A stretch of DNA of 64,000 nucleotides, from positions 32,001 through 96,000 of the forward strand of contig CAXXDV010000001.1 of the NCBI GenBank assembly GCA_963674745.2. The letters are read 5' to 3'. Every line of letters begins with the position of its first letter. Position 1 is the stretch's first letter. Shown here in pieces: positions 56,972-64,000 of the stretch. The DNA is from Desulfosudaceae bacterium. Its GTDB lineage: Bacteria > Desulfobacterota > Desulfobacteria > Desulfobacterales > Desulfosudaceae. Made by a program: the position numbers and the translations under genes. Under the pieces are notes generated by a model. That model ran no database searches, had not been told where the DNA came from, and saw nothing but the letters and a program-made list of their open reading frames with translations.

Positions 56972-57979
56972 CTATACGCACTGCCTGGCACAGATGATAC
57001 TATCCACGTCACCCATAACGACCAGCACCATTCCAGGCTGAATCATTTCTGTCGGTGAGGGATTAAATTCCAATTCGCCGGTTTTGTCCCGCAGCCCCAG
57101 TACCAGCAGGCCGTATTTGTCCTTTAAACCGGATTCCGCCAGCGTTCGGCCAATCATTTCGGAGTCTTCGGTAATCGGAAGTTCATGAATTCGAAGACAT
57201 CGCTCTTCAGACCGTAACATTTGGTCGAGAAAATCAACCGCCACCGGTCGGATCATAACCGAAGCCATTCTCAAGGCACCGATAAAATTGGGCGAAACAA
57301 CGCTGTCGGCACCGGCTTTTATCAATTTGGGCTCGAGCATGGGATTGGCAACCCGGCTGATAATACGAAGGCTCGGGTTCAACATTCTGGCGGACATGGT
57401 CACATAAAGGGCATCCTTGTCGGAAGGAAGCGTGATCAGCAGCCCACGGGCTTTTTCAATGCCGGCGGCAACCAGATTGTCATCGTCTGTGGCGTCCCCC
57501 TTGATATACAACAGGTTATTGATGCTCTTGCAGATTTCAATCTTATTTTCATCCAGCTCTACCAGCACCACGGTATCCCCGTTTTTAACCAGTTCCATCA
57601 ACAGCGGGAACCCGGTTTCTCCGCCGCCACAGACGATATAATGGTTTCTCAGCTTTTCGATCTTCTTTTTCATTTTTTCACCCCTCAACAATCCGGACAC
57701 TTCTCCCTCAATAAACAAGGCAGCCAGGGCGCTGATGCCATAAAGGATCACCCCCAGCCCCACGGTAATCAGCAGCATGGTAAATACCTGGGCCGAGATA
57801 TTGCCGTGGATGGGAATAATTTCACCATACCCTACACTGGTCAGGGAAATAATGGTCATGTACAGGCAATCGATGAATTTCTGACTACCACCGAAAAGGA
57901 GGTAATACCCGATGCTGCCAAGCAGCACGACCAGCACAATGGTAACTAACAGGGAGTAAAATCGCCGCTTTAAATCCAT
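56972..57979 (-). CDS. Potassium channel protein (2TM pore plus RCK/TrkA domains)
   Basis: TSVGYGE selectivity filter, HYIVCGGGETG and GDATDD motifs. Confidence 0.93.
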   Translation of the reverse strand: MDLKRRFYSLLVTIVLVVLLGSIGYYLLFGGSQKFIDCLYMTIISLTSVGYGEIIPIHGNISAQVFTMLLITVGLGVILYGISALAALFIEGEVSGLLRGEKMKKKIEKLRNHYIVCGGGETGFPLLMELVKNGDTVVLVELDENKIEICKSINNLLYIKGDATDDDNLVAAGIEKARGLLITLPSDKDALYVTMSARMLNPSLRIISRVANPMLEPKLIKAGADSVVSPNFIGALRMASVMIRPVAVDFLDQMLRSEERCLRIHELPITEDSEMIGRTLAESGLKDKYGLLVLGLRDKTGELEFNPSPTEMIQPGMVLVVMGDVDSIICARQCV

Positions 57980-58237
57980 AATCCGTTCGCCGTCAGGCTT
58001 TTAAAAAATAATCATCGTTGCTGCTGAATTATAATATTGTAGTATATCAAGCGGCTTACAGGTGTAAAGCGTTTTTATCATTACGACGATAAAAGGTGCC
58101 CCCCTCCTTTTTCTGCCCGGGTTAAATCAGTAAAAGCTTAATAGTGATAGCCATTACCACTTGACAGAATGCGTCCGAATCGTATATTTTTTATGTTTAA
58201 AAGACGTTATCTTAAACCCATCAATTTGGAGCCCCCA

Positions 58238-58816
58238 ATGAAATTATCATCTTTATTCTGTGTGAGCTTGACGGTAATTTTCCTTCTTGGAGTTCAGTGT
58301 TCTGTTTCAGCTGAAGTATACAAGTATACGGACGCCAATGGTGAAACCCATTATACCAATGACCCGGCAAGCGTTCCCCGACAATTCCGGGATGACACCG
58401 ATGTGGACGGAGAAATCGAAAGTTACTCATATTCGGATGAAAACTATAATTCGGATGTAGCCGATGATGAAGAAGCCGATTTAGAAGAATCCGGAGACGT
58501 GGAACAGCGCCAGAGAAACAGCGGCCAAACAGCTGACCTGCAGGCCCGGCAGGAGGCTTTCGACAAAGAGTTTAAAGCGCTTGAGGAGGAGAGGGCTTTA
58601 CTGGACAAGGCCATGCGTAATGCGGACGGCCGGGATGAACTCGAGGAAGTAAACGCCAAAACCCAGGAATTTAACAACCGATACAAGGACTTTCACATGA
58701 GACGCAAGGCGTTCAAGACGGAAGTCAAAGAACACAACGAGCAGGTCCGCCAGGACATGGAAAAAAGGCTGAAAGAATATAAGGACGGAGAAACATCACA
58801 GGACGACGAACAATAA
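58238..58816 (+). CDS. DUF4124 domain exported protein
   Basis: Signal peptide then AEVYKYTDANGETHYTNDP, followed by a coiled coil. Confidence 0.85.
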   Translation: MKLSSLFCVSLTVIFLLGVQCSVSAEVYKYTDANGETHYTNDPASVPRQFRDDTDVDGEIESYSYSDENYNSDVADDEEADLEESGDVEQRQRNSGQTADLQARQEAFDKEFKALEEERALLDKAMRNADGRDELEEVNAKTQEFNNRYKDFHMRRKAFKTEVKEHNEQVRQDMEKRLKEYKDGETSQDDEQ

Positions 58817-58855
58817 TCGATTAATCGTTAATCAACTTATTTCGGAGGTGCTGTC

Positions 58856-60145
58856 ATGCAGGACGATAAATATATTGAGGGTTTTACCAAAGCACTGGCC
58901 ATCGGCCGTCCGCCCAACATCCTTTCTCTGTTCCCCAATTCGAAAGCCCTGATCGTTAGCGGTAAGTTTGTCAATCGTGCCGTGGCCGCTAAACCCGGCG
59001 CCGTTACCATGGCCGCCAACGGGCGGAACTCCTTTATCATCAAAGGCGCCCTCCGCGCCGCCCAGAAAGCCAATGCCGCCATCATCATTGAAATTGCCAA
59101 GTCCGAAGGCGGCAAAAATGCTTACTGTGCGGTCAACTACTGGAATATCGCCCGACAGGTGGATGCCTTCTGCAACCAGTTACGAATCACGGTGCCGGTG
59201 GCCATCCATGCCGATCACTACGGCATAAAAAAAGCGGCAGATGTCGAAGAAGCCAAAATCGAAATCCCCACCCTGTTTGATGCCGGCATCACCTCCATTG
59301 CCGTTGACGCCTCTCACCTGCCGGATGATCAAAACCTACTGGCCAACATCGAATTAAATGACTATATCCCTGAATGGGCTGGTCTGGAAACGGAAGTGGG
59401 TGAAATCAAGGGTAAGGAAGGTATGTCAACGGCCGAAGAAGCCCTGTTCCAAATTCAGGGGCTGAACGCCCACGGCATTTTTCCCGACTGGATCGCCCTC
59501 AACAACGGCACCACCCACGGCATTGAAGCCAGTGACGCGGGCATCCAGGTTGAACTGACCAGCCGCATTCACAAAGCCATTGAACCTTACAACGTCAACG
59601 GCGCCCAGCACGGAACCTCGGGGAATAGCTCTGAAAGGCTCCGGCGTATCGCGGCGGAAACCAACACCACCAAGGCCAATGTCGCCACCGCCCTGCAGAT
59701 GATTTCCTGGGGATTGAAAGTCAATGATTACGGTAATGCCTTCCTGGATGATGACAAAAATTTTATCAAACAACCGGCCAAGGGCGTCACCGATGAAGTG
59801 TGGGCCCAAATGCGCGAGTACGCCCAGGGCAAGGGATTAAAAGCCGGCGACTACAAAAAGCTGAACCTGCCTTTTGACAATATTCTGCACGCGCAGCCGG
59901 CCGATATCCGGGAAAGAATGGTCAAAGACGTTGAAGATTTTATCTACAACATGCTGGCCGACGTGTTCAACGCCACCGACACGGCTCCCCTGACCATTGA
60001 CGCCATTCTGGCGGCCGGCTCTCATGATGCCGGCGCTAATGCTGAAAGGATCGAGAATCCCGACGACTGGACCCGGGAAAAAATCATCGAGCGCGCCGCC
60101 GGAATTCAGTCCGACAAAGGGCCGGAAGGCGATTTTGACGATTAA
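58856..60145 (+). CDS. Class II fructose-bisphosphate aldolase family protein
   Basis: HADHY, DASH, ETEVGEI, NGTTHG, HGTSG and KANVAT motifs. Confidence 0.92.
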   Translation: MQDDKYIEGFTKALAIGRPPNILSLFPNSKALIVSGKFVNRAVAAKPGAVTMAANGRNSFIIKGALRAAQKANAAIIIEIAKSEGGKNAYCAVNYWNIARQVDAFCNQLRITVPVAIHADHYGIKKAADVEEAKIEIPTLFDAGITSIAVDASHLPDDQNLLANIELNDYIPEWAGLETEVGEIKGKEGMSTAEEALFQIQGLNAHGIFPDWIALNNGTTHGIEASDAGIQVELTSRIHKAIEPYNVNGAQHGTSGNSSERLRRIAAETNTTKANVATALQMISWGLKVNDYGNAFLDDDKNFIKQPAKGVTDEVWAQMREYAQGKGLKAGDYKKLNLPFDNILHAQPADIRERMVKDVEDFIYNMLADVFNATDTAPLTIDAILAAGSHDAGANAERIENPDDWTREKIIERAAGIQSDKGPEGDFDD

Positions 60146-60680
60146 TCACCCGGAGCAGAAAAAACAATTCTGCCATGTCTGCGGCAACCCGCTGACAGAA
60201 AAATACTGGGAAGGCAAAGTCAGACCGTTCTGCCGGCAGTGCCAGCTGCCGGTTTATGAAAATCCGGTTCCGGCATCGGCTATTGTCGTCACGGATAAAG
60301 AAATCAACCTGCTGCTGGTTAAACGAAACGTCGATCCCAAAAAAGGTTACTGGTCGCTTCCCGGCGGATTCATGGAACTGTTTGAGACCCCGGAAGACTC
60401 CGCCCTTCGGGAATTAAAAGAAGAAACCGGCTTGACAGGAGCCATCAAATCGCTGCTGGGCGTAAAGGCCAACAACAGCGACCGATACGGCACCGTTCTG
60501 ATTGTGGGGTACCTGGTCACCGACTATTCCGGGCATCTCACTCCCGGTGATGATGCCGAAGAAGTCGCTTTTTTTCACCCTGACCGCCTTCCGGAGATTG
60601 CCTTTTCCAGCCACGACCATTTTATCCGGACCGCCCTGAGTCAACTTGGCGGAATGCCAAACATCATTCCGGCCGTTTAA
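60135..60680 (+). CDS. NUDIX hydrolase with N-terminal zinc ribbon
   Basis: FCHVCG..CRQC and Nudix box [23 protein letters not shown] start inferred. Confidence 0.88.
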   Translation: MTINHPEQKKQFCHVCGNPLTEKYWEGKVRPFCRQCQLPVYENPVPASAIVVTDKEINLLLVKRNVDPKKGYWSLPGGFMELFETPEDSALRELKEETGLTGAIKSLLGVKANNSDRYGTVLIVGYLVTDYSGHLTPGDDAEEVAFFHPDRLPEIAFSSHDHFIRTALSQLGGMPNIIPAV

Positions 60681-62052
60681 TATCGTACTTCTTCATACGT
60701 TTCCAGATCGTTACCCGGCTGACCCCCAGTTCACGGGCGGCCTCGGACTGGTTCCAGGCACACCGGCGAAGCATCTGAAGCAGAGCCTCCCGTTCTTCAC
60801 CGCTGCTGATATTTCCTGACGCTTTGACCACCGGCCGGCTGTTTTTTTCCGACGAGAATTTCGCGGGCAGATGCTCCAGGTCGATACCACCACCCGGGCA
60901 CAGCACAAAGGCGTAATCAATGACATTACGAAGCTCCCGTACGTTTCCGGGCCAGTCATAAGCGGTCAGCGCGTCAAGGGCTTTAGGCGTTACACCGAAT
61001 ATTTTTTTACCGCTCTCCTGTGCGGTCTGACGGATAAAATGCTGAATAATGATGGGAATATCTTCCCGATGTTCCCGAAGAGCCGGGCAGTGAAGCGGAA
61101 ACACGTTTATCCTGAAGTAAAGGTCTTCGCGAAAGTCCTCTTTCGCAACGAGTGTCTCCAGGTTTTTATTGGTGGCCGTGATGATGCGCACATCAACCGA
61201 TATGGTTTTGTGTTCTCCCACCCGTTCGATCATTTTTTCTTCCAGAACCCGCAACAGTTTCACCTGGGTAGACAAGGGTATATCTCCGACTTCATCCAGA
61301 AAAATACTGCCTTCGTGGGCCGCTTCAAAACGGCCGGTGCGGTTCCGGTCGGCACCGGTAAAGGCGCCTTTCACATGGCCGAAAAGCTCGCTTTCAAGGA
61401 GGTTGTCATTTAAAGCCGCACAGTTGACCTTGACGAACGGTTTGTCCCTGCGGGGGCCTGCTTCATGAAGGGCCCTGGCGACCAGTTCTTTGCCTGTGCC
61501 GCTCTCTCCTGATATCATCACCGGCGCGTTGGTGTTTGAAACATTTTCGATCAACTCGAACAGATTCCGCATGACCGAAGATTTTCCCATGATACCGTGA
61601 TATCCGTCATCCAGATGATAGGTTTTGCGCAGATTCTCAATTTCCTGCTGCTGCCGGATAATCTGGGATATATCCGTCAGGGTCTCGACCACCCCGATAA
61701 TTTCATTATTTTCGTCTCTCAACACCGTGCCGCTTTTAAGCACATGCATCGTGCGCCGGTCTTTATGCATCATCAGGCACTTTTTATCCCGCACCTGCCC
61801 TTTTGTAAAAAGCTTGCACCATTTTTCGCCGGGTCCTTCAGCGTAAATTTTGCACCCCGTGCAATTCAAAATCCGGCAATCCTTATGCTTAAGCTCCGCT
61901 TCAGAATAACCCGTCAATTTCTCGGCAGCCGGATTGGCGGCCAGGATTCTTCCCATGGTATCAATAACGATCAGCCCGTCTTTTACCATATCCATAATCG
62001 GCTTCCAGTACTTGCTGATATCCAGTGCTTGATCCGACATAATATTCTCCAT
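60664..62052 (-). CDS. PAS-domain sigma54-dependent Fis-family activator
   Basis: [31 protein letters not shown] and a C-terminal HTH. Confidence 0.96.
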   Translation of the reverse strand: MENIMSDQALDISKYWKPIMDMVKDGLIVIDTMGRILAANPAAEKLTGYSEAELKHKDCRILNCTGCKIYAEGPGEKWCKLFTKGQVRDKKCLMMHKDRRTMHVLKSGTVLRDENNEIIGVVETLTDISQIIRQQQEIENLRKTYHLDDGYHGIMGKSSVMRNLFELIENVSNTNAPVMISGESGTGKELVARALHEAGPRRDKPFVKVNCAALNDNLLESELFGHVKGAFTGADRNRTGRFEAAHEGSIFLDEVGDIPLSTQVKLLRVLEEKMIERVGEHKTISVDVRIITATNKNLETLVAKEDFREDLYFRINVFPLHCPALREHREDIPIIIQHFIRQTAQESGKKIFGVTPKALDALTAYDWPGNVRELRNVIDYAFVLCPGGGIDLEHLPAKFSSEKNSRPVVKASGNISSGEEREALLQMLRRCAWNQSEAARELGVSRVTIWKRMKKYDIKRPE

Positions 62053-62074
62053 ATATCTGTTTAATCAGAGAAGC

Positions 62075-62109
62075 AACACATGTTAACAGGAGTTTAACAT
62101 GTGTTAACA
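62075..62109. promoter_or_regulatory. Candidate enhancer (UAS) for the sigma54 activator
   Basis: AACACATGTTAA-N7-TTAACATGTGTT. TGTTAACA occurs at 62081 and 62102. Confidence 0.65.
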
Positions 62110-62239
62110 TAAAAAGCCAATATTAACGATTACAAGCGCTTATCGCCATTGCCCGGGAAGGCCTGCAGCCACCCCGAAAAGAAGGCAACCATCCGGAATA
62201 AAAAACATATCAATAAAAATCCCTTTCCGTTTTGTTGTT

Positions 62240-62254
62240 TGGCACACTCATTGC
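62240..62254 (+). promoter_or_regulatory. sigma54 -24/-12 promoter
   Basis: TGGCAC-ACTCA-TTGC consensus. Confidence 0.9.
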
Positions 62255-62320
62255 GTAAGCCTGAGAAAAAAAGCGTTCACAAATCAAATTTTTGATTATT
62301 TTAAAAACAGGGAGGGAGAG

Positions 62321-64000
62321 ATGAAACTTAACCAATCATCACACCAATTATTCATTATTCTGGCAGGTATTTTATGTTTAATATCGGCCCCCGCCATGGC
62401 ACAAAACTGCGCCTCAAAAGATTCAAATAATGGTTGTGCCGTAAAAGAACTGAAGCAGGAAATTAAAACGCTTCAGAAAAAAATTGAAGCCCTGGAGAAA
62501 AAAAGCAACTGGGCCCTGGATGACATTGATGATCTGAGTGATCGTGTCGACAAAGCCGAGATGCACACGGCGACAGACAAGCTTTCGTTTTCCGTGGACT
62601 TCAGGACCCGGGCCGACAGCATTCATTATGATGATATGAGGGCAGCCCCGGCCAGTCTGGTGGGCAAATTTTTCAGCCCCGTCCCCAGTGATCCGAATTT
62701 TCCCACCACAATGGAGGGTTTCGGGCAGTTGATGATGATGCCGGTCGAACAGATCCGGGGCATGATGGGCCTGATGCAAATGGCCGGGATGGTTCCCTCT
62801 CCCGAAAAACGCGATGCGGACAATGACATCATCTATACCAACCGGCTGCGCCTGGATATGAAGTCCCGGTTTAACAACAATTTAAGTTTCCATGGCCGCC
62901 TGGCCGCCTACAAGGTGTTCGGCGACAGCACCGGCGTCAAATTCAACCAGGGCAGCCTCGGCGATGTGACCCTTGACGGGACCACCTCCAGCCTCCCCCA
63001 CGGGGATACCCTTCACATGGAAAGGGCCTATTTCGTATACAAAAACCAGGCCGGTAAAATCCCGCTCAATTTCTCTTTAGGCCGCCGCCCCTCGACTGAC
63101 GGTGCGCCGCTGGAATACGGAAACTACAGCCTGGTCGGCGGATCACCGGCCGCCACCATTATCAACTGGCAGTTTGACGGTGCTTCTCTGACCTTTGGCC
63201 TGGAAGAGGTCACCGGTATCCCCGGGGCTTCGTTCAAGCTCTGTTATGGCGTCGGCTTTGAATCCGACTGGGGGAACAGCGCCTCTTTGAACTACTCCCA
63301 ATCGGATATTGAAGATGTTCATATGTTCGGCTTTATTTCCGACCTTTATGATGACGGCAACACCAGCCTCATGTTTAATTACGCCCATGCCTGGGACATT
63401 ACCGACGGGTTTACCGGCATCGCCGTCATGCCCTTTATCATTGCCAGGCAGGACACCAACGCGGACGGTATGGCCGAATACTACTTCTCACAGAACAGCG
63501 GCGGATTCATCAGCCGTCTTGAGCCCATGACCAACCTGGGTGACTGGGACGCGGCCACGCTTGTCTTCAAGACCAACCTGGCCAAGACCGTGGCCGATAT
63601 CGATCTGTTCCTGGCCGGGTCATGGACCCATACCGATCCGGATGAAATTTCAAAAAACCCGTTCTATGAAATGATGGGTATGGGCCTGCTGAGCTCAAAC
63701 GGCGACCTGGAGAAAAGAGACGGTTACGGCATCTATGCCGGCGCGCTTTTCCCCATGCCTAAGGATGCCCGCCTGGGACTTGAATACAACCGGGGATCGA
63801 AATACTGGTTTAACTTTACCGGCGCCGAAGATTCTCTGATCGCAAGCAAGCTGGCGGTGCGCGGTAGCGTTTATGAGGCCTATTATATCCAGCCCATCTT
63901 CGCGAAGAACTTTTTCATCAAGCTCGGCGCCCAGCTGTATGATTACAAGTACACCGGCAGCGGCAATCCGCTCGGCGCGCCGGTCAAAATTTCCGGTGCC
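62321..64000 (+). CDS. DUF3373 family outer-membrane protein, 3' truncated by the window (absent from the ORF track)
   Basis: GGAGGGAG RBS. Signal peptide, coiled coil and DFRTRADSIHY. The same frame reads ..GNPLGAPVKISGA at the edge. Confidence 0.85.
   Translation, partial: MKLNQSSHQLFIILAGILCLISAPAMAQNCASKDSNNGCAVKELKQEIKTLQKKIEALEKKSNWALDDIDDLSDRVDKAEMHTATDKLSFSVDFRTRADSIHYDDMRAAPASLVGKFFSPVPSDPNFPTTMEGFGQLMMMPVEQIRGMMGLMQMAGMVPSPEKRDADNDIIYTNRLRLDMKSRFNNNLSFHGRLAAYKVFGDSTGVKFNQGSLGDVTLDGTTSSLPHGDTLHMERAYFVYKNQAGKIPLNFSLGRRPSTDGAPLEYGNYSLVGGSPAATIINWQFDGASLTFGLEEVTGIPGASFKLCYGVGFESDWGNSASLNYSQSDIEDVHMFGFISDLYDDGNTSLMFNYAHAWDITDGFTGIAVMPFIIARQDTNADGMAEYYFSQNSGGFISRLEPMTNLGDWDAATLVFKTNLAKTVADIDLFLAGSWTHTDPDEISKNPFYEMMGMGLLSSNGDLEKRDGYGIYAGALFPMPKDARLGLEYNRGSKYWFNFTGAEDSLIASKLAVRGSVYEAYYIQPIFAKNFFIKLGAQLYDYKYTGSGNPLGAPVKISGA

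Noticed and set aside
1..64000. tRNA, rRNA, integrase, transposase or prophage genes
   Set aside because: None recognised on either strand by eye. A tRNAscan or Infernal run would be needed to exclude them formally.

Overview
A 64 kb chromosomal window from what looks like an anaerobic deltaproteobacterium (Desulfobacterota-like; inferred from gene content only). The left half (about 3.2-29.9 kb) is an accessory redox/catabolic region. It opens with a TetR gene whose divergent promoter carries a perfect 16-bp operator. The long operon that follows encodes DUF169, three QueG/reductive-dehalogenase-like cobamide Fe-S proteins, a C-GCAxxG-C-C protein, two polyferredoxin-type paralogues, an anchor-less SdhA/SdhB-like pair with an altered active site, a stand-alone condensation domain, a DODA-type dioxygenase and two DUF1847 proteins. 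A fourth QueG-like gene lies further on, followed by a thiolase/MaoC/nitroreductase cluster, a second TetR and larC-larB. The region also holds two gene remnants. The right half is mostly housekeeping: typA, tilS, a large Alu-type SRP RNA, grpE-dnaK, thrS-pyrR-moaB, rnd, an ABC-F ATPase, two aldolases and a sigma54 activator with a DUF3373 target. The most striking item is a compact unit between typA and tilS: sigma70 promoter, a structured GC-rich leader I cannot assign to a known family, a membrane-anchored peptidoglycan amidase and a MamK-family actin, with no other magnetosome gene in the window. Several non-coding repeat families are also present: GTAG REP/REPIN elements, 8-nt-periodic hairpins and a 168-bp foldback element. 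No rRNA, tRNA, CRISPR array or transposase was recognised. All family assignments come from motif recognition by eye, not from database searches.
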